Positions 50,660 to 60,508 are shown, numbered from the stretch's first letter. The stretch is DNA of 64,000 bases from Wickerhamiella versatilis (GCA_030867685.1 JAQOWU010000007.1:1550001-1614000), one strand, 5' to 3'. Notes: a model not told the origin generated them from the letters alone. Program-made: numbers and translations.

Positions 50660-53101
50660 ATGGGCAGCCAGAGGGAATATGATGCTGAAGAGACCACTGG
50701 AGCTGGCATCAGTCGAGTGAGCTCGATGCCTACAAAGCCATCGAGTTGGTTTCGTCACAATTCAACAAGTAGTGATGGTGGTAGCAGCCCAGGAACAGGT
50801 CGACGTCGCTCTGCGGCAGATTGGTTTAAGAGTCTAGGGAGTCGTCTTTCAAATGACAAAGGAAGCAACAATCATGCACGTGAACGAGCCAATTCGGTTG
50901 GAACTGGCATCAATGTTCACGAGGGAAAGGTTGATATGTCGCGAGTCCAAGCGCAACCACAGACCCATAAAAAGGATAACTATGAAAAGCCTAAGCGAGA
51001 AGGTGAGGTTCCACGTAGTCTATTGAAGCCTAAAAAGCATGTGGGTTTCTCCTCAGAGGTATTTTCTGTCGATCCGCCTCAACGAATCCCCCCTATACGA
51101 CCAGATAAGGGAAATGTTGAGTTCTTGGACAATGGAGAGCTCCGCCATAAAGTACGTGTAAGGCCAGGAATACCAAATATACCGCCATATTTGGCAAAGA
51201 ACTATGTTGAGGCAAGTGAAGCTGCAATAGAGCGAGCTCATGAATCTGCAGACCGACTACGGACTTCGCTAAGGCGACCTACGCTTTTTAGCAACGTTGG
51301 AAAGGGTCAGAAGGATACTCAGGTCGAAGACGATGAGCCATCGCCCCATATACCACAAGGCGATGTAGACCAGATAAGGTCGGCTCCCGCTAGAGGCCAT
51401 GTACGCCATGATAGCGATGAAATGATTGAAACTTCAAATGACCAGGTCTTTCAGGCTGCATCTGCTCCTCGTCCTGAAATCGTTTACACACGTTGCTGTC
51501 ATCTGCGGGAGATAATGCCCATAAAGAACATTCTGAGACAGTTGCATGGGCAAGAGGCGCCAGTCCCACACCTCCGTGTAGCTAATACACGGCCTACATT
51601 GGTAGAAATACAAGCTTTCAGCGATTTTCTCACTGCAGTACCGGTCGTCTCTCTTCAGCTCGATTATCATATCCTGACTGACGAAATGGTATTTTTGCTG
51701 ATGGAAGGCTTGTCCCGCTCTAAGGTAATTTCGCGGCTATCCCTTGTAAACACGAAGTTATCGCCAGCAGCATTTTCTGCACTTTGCTCCTTCCTGGGTT
51801 GGAATTCTTCGTTGCTCTCGTTGGATCTAAGTTGTCATCGCAGCGAGAGAATCCCTCCGTTTGATCGCCGGGATATGCCTTGGTATCTACTCAATGATGC
51901 TCTCATTAAGCAGGGTGGAATTTTGGAGGATCTTGGTCTTAGTGGGACACAGATAGCTTCCAAAGACCTTAATCTTCTCCTTGATAACGGCTTTAAATCT
52001 GGTAAAGGCTTGGAGTTAGCCTATAATGGCTTGAGCCCAAATGAAATTAAGCATGTGGTCGATTGGGTTCAGTCACCAACCTCTGAATGTTTGGGGCTCT
52101 CATTAGAGGGCAATGATATGAGTGAATGCTATGGGTTGGCTAATGTGCTACTTGCTAATAACACTTTGTACCGCCTAACATTACGGAATGCACAGCTTAC
52201 GGATCATAATGCCACTGGTCCCACATCAGTATTAACGCAGGAATTGGCCGAACAGAGCTCGTTACGACATCTTGATCTCAGTGGCAATCCTGCGCTCTTT
52301 CCCCGTCTGCTGACCAGACTTATCACTAACCTGCCGAAATTTTCACATCTAGCACGTTTAAGGCTTGATAACTGTAAGCTTGAGTCCGCAGACGTGGTCT
52401 CTCTGAGTGAAGCTTTGAGTCACTGTCATCAGCTTGTCTCTATCAGCCTTCTGGGTAATGAGACACTAAATCAAGCTGCTGCTGCTGCGCTTTGTGTAGC
52501 AGTTCATCTCAGTGGTTCACTATGCACTGTAGAAGTTGAAGGCTCACACTGGCCGGAAGCTCTGCAACTTCGGCTCAGTACTGCGTGTCTACGCAATTTG
52601 GAACGCCGTGCAGGTGATGAAGCCCAAGAGACACTACTGCTCGACGTCCGTCAAATTCAGCATCATATCCGCTCTGGTCAGCAGGTTACACAGGCAGAAA
52701 TTGATGCCGTACAACATCTGAGATCACAGGTACGACAGCGCATGCGGGACATGCTTGTTCGACGGAAGCGTGGACCACTTAGTCAAGCAGACCGTGAAAC
52801 TATTATTCGACTGTATTTCTATGATGGATCTCTTGACCGGTTACATCGTTTGATATCGGAACTGCTTGGCATGCCCTTGGCAACAGCCAAAGAACAAATT
52901 TCATTAGAAGAGGCCACCGAAAGAATGTCGGAAGGCGAGGTCACACCAGCGTTGTCCCGAGCGTCTTCTCAAACATCATTGATGACCTTAAAGAAGTTAG
53001 AACGCGAGGAAGGCAAGGCGCATATGCGCAATGCCGGTCAGTTGCCTGACCAAAATGGACGGTTTATGGATGTGCAGGATCTAGAAAAACTCATATCATA
53101 A
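50660..53101 (+). CDS. Mhp1/Gip3/Her1-family LRR protein, putative PP1 (Glc7) regulator
   Basis: RVxF-type KKHVGF followed by DPPQRIPPIRPDKGNVEF; YTRCCHLREIMPI; RNI-like LRRs. Confidence 0.82.
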   Translation: MGSQREYDAEETTGAGISRVSSMPTKPSSWFRHNSTSSDGGSSPGTGRRRSAADWFKSLGSRLSNDKGSNNHARERANSVGTGINVHEGKVDMSRVQAQPQTHKKDNYEKPKREGEVPRSLLKPKKHVGFSSEVFSVDPPQRIPPIRPDKGNVEFLDNGELRHKVRVRPGIPNIPPYLAKNYVEASEAAIERAHESADRLRTSLRRPTLFSNVGKGQKDTQVEDDEPSPHIPQGDVDQIRSAPARGHVRHDSDEMIETSNDQVFQAASAPRPEIVYTRCCHLREIMPIKNILRQLHGQEAPVPHLRVANTRPTLVEIQAFSDFLTAVPVVSLQLDYHILTDEMVFLLMEGLSRSKVISRLSLVNTKLSPAAFSALCSFLGWNSSLLSLDLSCHRSERIPPFDRRDMPWYLLNDALIKQGGILEDLGLSGTQIASKDLNLLLDNGFKSGKGLELAYNGLSPNEIKHVVDWVQSPTSECLGLSLEGNDMSECYGLANVLLANNTLYRLTLRNAQLTDHNATGPTSVLTQELAEQSSLRHLDLSGNPALFPRLLTRLITNLPKFSHLARLRLDNCKLESADVVSLSEALSHCHQLVSISLLGNETLNQAAAAALCVAVHLSGSLCTVEVEGSHWPEALQLRLSTACLRNLERRAGDEAQETLLLDVRQIQHHIRSGQQVTQAEIDAVQHLRSQVRQRMRDMLVRRKRGPLSQADRETIIRLYFYDGSLDRLHRLISELLGMPLATAKEQISLEEATERMSEGEVTPALSRASSQTSLMTLKKLEREEGKAHMRNAGQLPDQNGRFMDVQDLEKLIS

Positions 53102-53134
53102 TTCTTATCGGTTATTTGTGGTGCTGCATTGTTT

Positions 53135-53500
53135 TCAATTTGTTTTAAATAATAATACAAAATTATTTTGTGCTTCTTGTTGATTGAGATCTGTAGTTAA
53201 AGACTTAAGTTTTCCAACTGGGACACTCACGTGCAAAAAAGAGCCTTGCAGATGTGTAACATATGATCCAAAACTACAGCCCACAATGCAATGCCAAATT
53301 AGCCCGTGTGATACATCCATTTGCCTCTTGATATGCGTGGCCACGTCACTCTCTACATCATATTTTTCGAATGCCTCCTGTATCAAGGCGATGGTGAATT
53401 CCTGCAATTCATTTGACATATCCGTTGTTTTCACCTCTACTTGAGGAGCAGTTGGCTCCGTTTGGGGCTCTTTGACCTCTGCTGCGGGTTCGTCTGCCAT
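53135..53500 (-). CDS. DYN2: Dynein light chain LC8
   Basis: DMSNELQ, ESDVATHIK, WHCIVGCSFGSYVTH and terminal VLLFKT; carries an extra insert before the last strand. Confidence 0.9.
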   Translation of the reverse strand: MADEPAAEVKEPQTEPTAPQVEVKTTDMSNELQEFTIALIQEAFEKYDVESDVATHIKRQMDVSHGLIWHCIVGCSFGSYVTHLQGSFLHVSVPVGKLKSLTTDLNQQEAQNNFVLLFKTN

Positions 53501-53895
53501 AACGAGACTGATTATCTAATGTTATCATGGGAATAACTATCCTACTGTTATTTCCCATGGAAAGAACATAGCCTGTCATAAATGTATGTATGTATGTATA
53601 TGAAAACAAAATTTTATAAAGCATTGAGATTTCGCTTAAGTATGACTGAATTAGTATGTATTATAGTGTAGTGCTGCTAACAGAATATGCTGCAAAACTA
53701 TGTCATTTGATTTGACATCATATTTCTGAGTGTAGACGACGGGCTTCAACGTTGCAACTACGTATCATCCATTATTTAGACAATAGATTCTACGCTATTC
53801 ATAATAGTATGATACACAAAAGCGTTAACGTATACATCCCAAGAAGAGAAAATAAATCTAATAATGTAGTTTAAGACTTTTTGCTATTATAAGGT

Positions 53896-54783
53896 CTAAT
53901 TTTCGTTCTTAGCCTCGGCAATACGCTTCTCGATCTTCTCCTGCTTCTGAGCCTTCGTGAGCTTGGGCACCTTACGCTTCAGAGTCTCAGCCTTGTATTT
54001 CGCGACATCCTTCTCAGTGGGTTTTGGCGAAGGATCCTCACGGATGGCCTCATGTGCACCGGAGTAGATATCTTCAACACCGTCTGCCTCAATACCATCA
54101 TCAAGATATGACTGGAATACCTGGCGGTAACGCTCTTCATCATCATCAGCAAGCTCCTCCATGTATTCAGCAATGTGGCCACCAACAATGTACTTCTGGA
54201 GAGACTCAGCATCAAGCTCCTCAGTCTCGATGTCGAAGCCGGGGAAGCGCTTAGCAGAGTGAGGAATGTAGAGACCACCGTCAGAGGCACCCTTGAGGGC
54301 ACCGAACACACGGGCACCACAGGTAGTGCGCTGCAAACCAATGTCAAGGAAGACCTTGAAAGGGCGAGGGGCATCATCAACAGCTTCGGTAAGAGAGTAT
54401 TCACCGGAGTGCTCCTCATCACCCTTGTAAGTTTCATCGAGACCGAGCTTCTGAAGAGCACGGCGAGCAATTAGAAGACCAGTTGCGTATGCAGCAGACC
54501 AGTTGGTGAGACCATGCTTGATACCGTAACGGGGCAACTCGTGAGAGTAGGCCGAAGTGAAGACGACATCACCTTGAATTTGAGAACTGACAATCTGGCA
54601 GATGATGTCCTTGTTGGTGAAACGCACAACCAACCGGTACTTAGGGGTGGCATACTTAGCCTTGTGCTGCGTTACGAGACGCTTACGGGCATAGTAATCG
54701 GTTTTGCCCTCACGACGACGACGGAATGGCGTCTGGTACCGAGAAAGGTATGTACTCGACTTCTGACTCTTTTCGAAAGGCAT
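53896..54783 (-). CDS. RPL5: 60S ribosomal protein uL18 (L5)
   Basis: RRRREGKTDYYARKRL, KYRLVVRFTNKDI, AYSHELPRYG, RVFGALKGASDGG. Confidence 0.99.
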   Translation of the reverse strand: MPFEKSQKSSTYLSRYQTPFRRRREGKTDYYARKRLVTQHKAKYATPKYRLVVRFTNKDIICQIVSSQIQGDVVFTSAYSHELPRYGIKHGLTNWSAAYATGLLIARRALQKLGLDETYKGDEEHSGEYSLTEAVDDAPRPFKVFLDIGLQRTTCGARVFGALKGASDGGLYIPHSAKRFPGFDIETEELDAESLQKYIVGGHIAEYMEELADDDEERYRQVFQSYLDDGIEADGVEDIYSGAHEAIREDPSPKPTEKDVAKYKAETLKRKVPKLTKAQKQEKIEKRIAEAKNEN

Positions 54784-54935
54784 GGCGACTTTCCAATGCT
54801 GCTGTCGAGCTTAGACGGAGTGGGTGAGTGATTAGATCACACCCTGAGCCCTATATCACATAATACAAAAAATGTATACTAAAGCATGACTCAACATATC
54901 ACACAAGTTATTCCGCATACGTTTTAATACAATAG

Positions 54936-55029
54936 GTACGTTGATGATTACCATGGTCCGTGTTTCTGAGGAGGATTAAGACCCCTTCACTTGAAGTGAA
55001 ACCCATTTTACATGAACTGAGTCTAACAG
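54936..55029 (+). other. Predicted spliceosomal intron of a non-coding host transcript, hosting U18
   Basis: AG|GTACGT donor at 54936; CTAAC branch at 55023-55027; AG at 55028-55029 (alternative CAG at 55030-55032). Confidence 0.65.
54937..55023 (+). ncRNA. snR18: Box C/D snoRNA U18 (snR18/SNORD18 homologue), guide for 2'-O-methylation of LSU rRNA
   Basis: Box C TGATGA 54942-54947. Guide TGGTCCGTGTTT 54954-54965 is complementary to the conserved LSU rRNA sequence GAAACACGGACCA. Box D' CTGA 54966-54969, hairpin TTCAC/GTGAA 54986-55000, box D CTGA 55017-55020. Confidence 0.9.
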
Positions 55030-55239
55030 CAGAAAATCCCTTACCACTATTGAGTAGGTCTATGTGCTAGCTGTTAGCATGATATAGTGCTATTGATTAA
55101 GTGTCATAATAATCTAGACAGTTTTAATATTTCAAAACTTCGACAAGTTCTTCATTATAGGTGTCGCCTCGACGTGTACATCCGTTGAACCTGCCTTGGA
55201 AACTGACGTAAAAAACCACCATATTGCTCTGTGAGCCTA

Positions 55240-55950
55240 TTAGGATTCAATGAATCGCGCGAAAGCATGACCGAAAAGCGGTCCATGGTGATCAGAAGCA
55301 GCAGCTCTTTTCTTGGCGTCAAGAAGGTCTTGTTCTTTCAATACGAGATCGCAAAATAAAGACGTCACGTCATTGGAGAACTCTGGATGACCTTGAACAC
55401 ATAAGTATCTGCCAGGTGACCAGTAGGCTTGTATGGGCCCACCTTCCGTTGAGGCCAGCAACTGAGCTCCTTCAGGTAGCTCGAAAACCTGATCAGAGTG
55501 CATCTGGTTGAGAAGTACCGGTTCAAGACAAGCCAGTTCAGTGAATACCTTTTTTCCCGCATCTGTGAGCCTAACTGGAGTTGTGCTGACCTCCCATCCT
55601 TGGGTGCTGCGGCCAATAGGTGCACCCAAAGCGCGGGCGATAAGCTGATGCCCGTAGCAAACTCCAATGACCTTTACGGATCCCATTTTTGCTTCAAGAG
55701 CATTTCGGACGAAATCTAATAACTGTATAGTCCAATCATTGTTATCAAATGCATCGCTGCGGCTTCCACTTATGAGCAGTGTATCACCATCCTTTGGTTG
55801 AGGATAGACGCGCTGGTTGCGAACGTCCCAAGTCAAAATTTCGCCTTTATATCCTCCCTCTCGTACAAGACGCGTATACAGGGTGTCATAGTCGCCATCT
55901 ATTGGGAGCACATTATCGGGGACGCTATCTGCCTTCAGGATATGAAGCAT
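55240..55950 (-). CDS. Class I glutamine amidotransferase-like protein (YLR126C family)
   Basis: LISGSRSDAF, nucleophile elbow IGVCYGHQLIARALG, QMHSDQV, QGHPEF (Cys-His-Glu triad). Confidence 0.92.
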   Translation of the reverse strand: MLHILKADSVPDNVLPIDGDYDTLYTRLVREGGYKGEILTWDVRNQRVYPQPKDGDTLLISGSRSDAFDNNDWTIQLLDFVRNALEAKMGSVKVIGVCYGHQLIARALGAPIGRSTQGWEVSTTPVRLTDAGKKVFTELACLEPVLLNQMHSDQVFELPEGAQLLASTEGGPIQAYWSPGRYLCVQGHPEFSNDVTSLFCDLVLKEQDLLDAKKRAAASDHHGPLFGHAFARFIES

Positions 55951-56442
55951 CTATGATCAGCTAATAACTGACAGGCGTTGATAGATGTCTTGTCTCATTT
56001 ATGATCTTATGTGCATTGATTCATGCCGGTATAAGCTTTGCAGAGTATCACGTGCCTGCGGTTCCACGATAGCTTTTAATACAACTTTGTGTCCCAAGTT
56101 AAGGATACTCACATGCAAATTACTAGTATAGTCGTACAAGAGGCTATAACCGGTAATTATCAGATGCAAAGCAAAGAGTGCAAGGCTCAATGTTGAGATT
56201 GGTGTCCTTTACAATGTTAGTGCTGAGGGCTGCCTTCACAATAGTTCCTTAAAACAGACATTGCAAATCCATTGGTCTCATAGTACACCTCTGCTGGAAA
56301 CGGTCTTTTTGGATAAGCTAAATTTCGGTTGGCTTCGGGAGTTCTTAAGTTTTCCTAAGCCTCGTTTGAATCTAGCGTAAGTACAGAAACCTCTATCGGA
56401 TATAAGCTGACAAACCCTGCCTTCTCAGAAACTTCTGAACAA

Positions 56443-57000
56443 ATGCCCGTGGCGGCAACAAACACATTGGTTATTTACGGACTACGTCCAGTTGACTTTA
56501 GCGCAAATGGAATTGTGAGCCGGCTTCGCCAATTCGCTGATAAGCATCATGCTCTTTGGTCTGAGATTAAGTTCCTTGGCCGTGCGCTACTGGTGTTTCC
56601 TGAAGGTGCATGGGCAGCGCAACAGTGTATTGAAAAGGCGCGCAGGTGCGTAAACCAAGAGGAGAGTCTTCGCGGTGTACAAATTGGGTTTTCTGTCCGG
56701 AATATAAATCCAGATGAGGGTGCAGAGCCTCAACACTTGGAGTTGCCATCTCGAGGAACACTTTATTTTGTGAGCCCTCCAGTATCTCCGCCAGCAGAAT
56801 GGGAAGAAGGAAAGCTCGAGGAAGCCCCCAATAAGCAGACACACTGCCCAATTGACTTTAATCAAGAACTTTTTCGTGCCCTTCAAAATGTAGCCCAGCA
56901 GCAAAGCCCAGTCAGTGGTAACATGTCGCCCTCAGCGGCAGTAACTCTATTAGAAGCCGACGAAGCTCATCCCGGCCTCAACTTGGAGCCCTCAGAGTAA
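56443..57000 (+). CDS. RCN1: Calcipressin / regulator of calcineurin
   Basis: TNTLVI N-terminus; HLELP...YFVSPPVSPPAEW (FxISPPxSPP signature); EEAPN. Confidence 0.85.
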   Translation: MPVAATNTLVIYGLRPVDFSANGIVSRLRQFADKHHALWSEIKFLGRALLVFPEGAWAAQQCIEKARRCVNQEESLRGVQIGFSVRNINPDEGAEPQHLELPSRGTLYFVSPPVSPPAEWEEGKLEEAPNKQTHCPIDFNQELFRALQNVAQQQSPVSGNMSPSAAVTLLEADEAHPGLNLEPSE

Positions 57001-57345
57001 ATAACAGCAAGATTCAATGAGACCATGATGCATATCGCTGCGCCGGTAGAGACGAAAAGAGATTTCTAAATTGCAGCTCTAATAATTAGGAAGGAAAAAA
57101 TTGCATTCTAAGTTAAATATTTGTATTGGACAGTGTATCTATTTATGGACACGCGTAAGCACATTTATGTGCGATGAATTAACATCATAAATGCAATTTA
57201 GAACCTGTGGGCATTATCTTAATTTTGGACCTTCTCAGTTAACAGAATAACTGCTCACATCATATATACTATATACATATATACATATTAATTATATGTT
57301 CAAAACTTTGGAAGAAATAGAGGTCGTATCGGTGTGGTGTGGGGT

Positions 57346-58098
57346 TTATGCCTTGTTGGCTAAATCAACTGCAACGTTATCATTAGGAGTATATCCGAAA
57401 CTTGCAGCAAGACTTCTCGCAGTTTCCTTGGCTTCGTCTTCATTTTTAAATTGAGCTTTGAAAAAGGTATAGTGTAGAACCAACTGGTTGACGTGTGCAA
57501 GCGCTGGGTCTGTCGCGTAGTCGGGGTCAATGAAGAAGAAAAGCGGCATATCAATCTCCTCACCAGGACGTAGAATTTGCTCTTCGAAACAGAAACATTG
57601 AATCTTACTGAAGTAAGGTGCAGCTCTGTCGGGAACAACGGTATAGGTGGCCATTCCAATAATAGGCTCTGTACTCATATTTTTGGCCTTATAAAACGCT
57701 AATGCAGTCTCTCCAGGGAGAACACGCACCTCTCTTTGCTCAGGCTTGAAGGACCAGGGAAGCTGATCACTGACTTCACTACTGAATTTGATAGTGATTC
57801 TCCTCGATCCTTCCACTGGATCCATACGTTCAGGACCAAATTTGCTCGAGTCTGTCATTGGAGTTCCTCCGAAACCCGTACGGCTGCAGATCGCTCTGTA
57901 GAAGGGCACACTTGCATAAGTTAATGTACCCACGAGAATCATGAAACCGCCGCTATAGAGCGAGATAGTTGCAACATTCCGGCGTCTTCGAGCTTTGTGA
58001 GCATCTTTTAATGCTTGGAGTTCTTTCTGTGTCCATTTATGCGAGTATCGCGCTAAGGACAACCGTGGCTTCGCACACCATAAACGTTGGAAGAACAT
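57346..58098 (-). CDS. COX11: Cytochrome c oxidase copper chaperone Cox11
   Basis: YASVPFYRAICSRTGFGGTP, PGETALAFY, YFSKIQCFCFEEQ, DMPLFFFIDP. Confidence 0.97.
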   Translation of the reverse strand: MFFQRLWCAKPRLSLARYSHKWTQKELQALKDAHKARRRRNVATISLYSGGFMILVGTLTYASVPFYRAICSRTGFGGTPMTDSSKFGPERMDPVEGSRRITIKFSSEVSDQLPWSFKPEQREVRVLPGETALAFYKAKNMSTEPIIGMATYTVVPDRAAPYFSKIQCFCFEEQILRPGEEIDMPLFFFIDPDYATDPALAHVNQLVLHYTFFKAQFKNEDEAKETARSLAASFGYTPNDNVAVDLANKA

Positions 58099-58310
58099 AT
58101 GTAATCGGATTTCGGATCTCAGAGTTTGGAGGTTTATATCAAAAAAAAGGGCGAAAGTCGCTTCTCAGCAAATTTAGATCACATAACTAAAAATATTATT
58201 TGCTTTTAAAGGAGACATCGATTAAACAAATATTAGAGAGTGCTTTATAATAAGCAGAGAGGGTTAATCCGGCTTCGTTAGCTTTGTAGCATTGAGGATT
58301 CTATAAGAGG

Positions 58311-59186
58311 ATGGGCCGGAAAACGGATTCGGCGTGTGTATACTGCCGCCGTAGTCATATGACGTGTGATGTCTCTCGTCCTTGCCAGAGGTGCATCAAA
58401 CGTAAAATTGGCCATCTTTGCAGAGACGAGTCGATAGTCCAGGAGTCGCCAGTTCAGAGTACTCCTCCATTACTGAATGACCTTCTGGGTGATTTTGACT
58501 GGTTTGCTGGGCCTAACTCTGAGCACATGGACTCACAAGACCAGTTCCTGTTGACTGCAGCTGACCCTGTTTCTCAAAGTGCAGAGGGCCGTCTCTCTGA
58601 AGTAATTGAAGCTAAGCATAATGCAGGCCTCTTAAGGCCGTACAACTATGCCGCAGGATATGATCGGTTAAGACGCTACATGGATTCTCACATGAGTGCA
58701 GAGGCTAGACAACGTATACTGCAGCCCCTCAGTAGATTTCGTCCAGCTTTTCGCTCAATTGCGCGCTCCCTTCATGAAGGGGATTTAGAAAAAGTGGAGG
58801 AATTTTTTGAACGAATCTTGCTCGACTACGATCGAACCTTCAGCCTGACAGCGATGCCTGCATGTCTCTGGCGTAGAACCGGCGAGATATACAGGGGTAA
58901 CAAGGAGTTTGCTACGCTCGCAGGTGTGGAACCGGAAGATCTAAGAGAAGGAAGGCTAACGATATACGAGTTGATGACAGAAAATTCAACGGTTCTTTAT
59001 TGGGAAAGATTTAGCGGGGTCGCATTTGACACTGAGCAAAAGGCAGTTCTTTCTAAATGCCAAATCAGGAATTCCTCGGGCTTCTGCCAGCCCTGCTGTT
59101 TTGCATTCACTGTACGCAGAGATAAGTATAATATTCCCATTGCCATTGTCGGCAATTTCATTCCGATGCCTACACTGACTACATAA
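58311..59186 (+). CDS. RDS2: Zn(II)2Cys6 / PAS gluconeogenesis transcription factor, Rds2/AcuM type (compact)
   Basis: ACVYCRRSHMTCDVSRPCQRCIKRKIGHLC; AGLLRPYNYAAGY; PACLWRRTGEIYRGNKEF; IVGNFIP. Confidence 0.88.
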   Translation: MGRKTDSACVYCRRSHMTCDVSRPCQRCIKRKIGHLCRDESIVQESPVQSTPPLLNDLLGDFDWFAGPNSEHMDSQDQFLLTAADPVSQSAEGRLSEVIEAKHNAGLLRPYNYAAGYDRLRRYMDSHMSAEARQRILQPLSRFRPAFRSIARSLHEGDLEKVEEFFERILLDYDRTFSLTAMPACLWRRTGEIYRGNKEFATLAGVEPEDLREGRLTIYELMTENSTVLYWERFSGVAFDTEQKAVLSKCQIRNSSGFCQPCCFAFTVRRDKYNIPIAIVGNFIPMPTLTT

Positions 59187-59239
59187 ATTATCCATCCCGA
59201 CAACGCCTCCTAGATTTATCTAATGCGATTTCGACAAAA

Positions 59240-60160
59240 CTAGCCTGACACAGGCTTACTTGACTTTTTATGGTCCTTGCGCCGTTTTTTGGTTTCACGA
59301 TTATATTCAGCAATTTCATCCTCAGGGACAACTTCGGCCAGTAGAGTATCAAGCTCTTGCTCCTCACGCACCCGTTTCTGGGCCTCTGACTCAAAGTTAG
59401 GATCATCGTACGCACCTACATCAGCCTCCGAGTAAAGAGATTCCGTGTACCAAATTGGCAGCGCAGGCGTTTGTGAGCTACGAACGCTCAGGGACCGGAG
59501 AGTGTCTTCTTTCAAAGTATCCACTAACCAGGCTTCGACAGCCTTTGCATTTTCGGCAAGTTCCTTAGGAGAAAGCGCGGTGGAACCGATCCTGATATGC
59601 ATGAGTGTTGAAGCGGGGAGAATTGCCACAGTAGAGTTCAATAGACGGTCTATCGATTTCCCAGCCCGGTCTTTGCTCACTTCAGTGGGAGCATCCTTGT
59701 CTTTCATCCGAATAGGAACCGGTACGCCCGATGGCGACTTGTAAAAAATCTTACCCAAGAGTTTCGGAAGCATTGGGTAGACATCATCCTCACAGATAAA
59801 TAGCTCGTAGCTACTGCGTAGAAGTCGTCGTGCTTCATACGGTTTGAACTTACCTTTGAGTTTTGAAACACCAATGACACGATCCACTACACCTTCCAAC
59901 GCATCTTTATACTTCCTCTGTGGATCTCGTGTGAATATACAGATAGACGGCTTATGATCCGCCCAGACAGAATGTGGCAGGGAGATCACCTTTGGCTTTG
60001 AAGCTCGCTTCTCAGCGAAATAACGCTTTGACTGAACTACTAAGTAAATGGGTTCAGCATCCTCAGCAGTTGGTTCAAAGAGCGGTTTCTCCTCTTGAGC
60101 TGGTTTCTCTAGGTGCTTTTTCAAAGCCTTCAAAGCACGCTGGCATTTTTTTTGGTCCAT
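59240..60160 (-). CDS. Ribosomal L1-domain ribosome biogenesis factor (Cic1/Utp30/RSL1D1 family)
   Basis: ICIFTRDPQRKYK, VIGVSKLKGKFKPYEARRLL, LPKLLGKIFY, PALPIW. Likely start is MDQKK at 60160; an upstream in-frame ATG lies at 60229. Confidence 0.88.
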   Translation of the reverse strand: MDQKKCQRALKALKKHLEKPAQEEKPLFEPTAEDAEPIYLVVQSKRYFAEKRASKPKVISLPHSVWADHKPSICIFTRDPQRKYKDALEGVVDRVIGVSKLKGKFKPYEARRLLRSSYELFICEDDVYPMLPKLLGKIFYKSPSGVPVPIRMKDKDAPTEVSKDRAGKSIDRLLNSTVAILPASTLMHIRIGSTALSPKELAENAKAVEAWLVDTLKEDTLRSLSVRSSQTPALPIWYTESLYSEADVGAYDDPNFESEAQKRVREEQELDTLLAEVVPEDEIAEYNRETKKRRKDHKKSSKPVSG

Positions 60161-60508
60161 TAGGCTTCGATTATATAATTTTTGCGAAAAGAAAGATTTA
60201 TTGAGACTAGTCAACGTATGTGTCCTCATCACTGTAAATTATATTTAGTTAGGCAATATTGCCTAAAAATAAACTAAAATTCTATAGAAATTTTGTTTTG
60301 CCTAAAACTCACGGGTCAAAGAAAAAAAAGCTCCGTTCTTCAATTCCGCATCGAGCTCTGATGCTCAAATGGTGAAAATACGTCATGATTATTACTATTG
60401 TTTTTTATTCATTGACATATAGATCATTTTATATCGCTCATCTCCTTCACGCCCACAGGTAGTCAGGTATTGCTGACACATCTGGAGTTCGCTCTAGCTA
60501 ATCTGACC

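Noticed and set aside
53979-54831. Overlapping ORFs within RPL5
   Set aside because: Expected from the strong codon bias of a highly expressed gene
55951-56112. Possible minus-strand 5' UTR intron of the amidotransferase gene (GTGAGT at 56112, GCTGAT-CATAG before the ATG)
   Set aside because: The branch motif is non-canonical and no upstream ATG exon exists; too weak without transcript data
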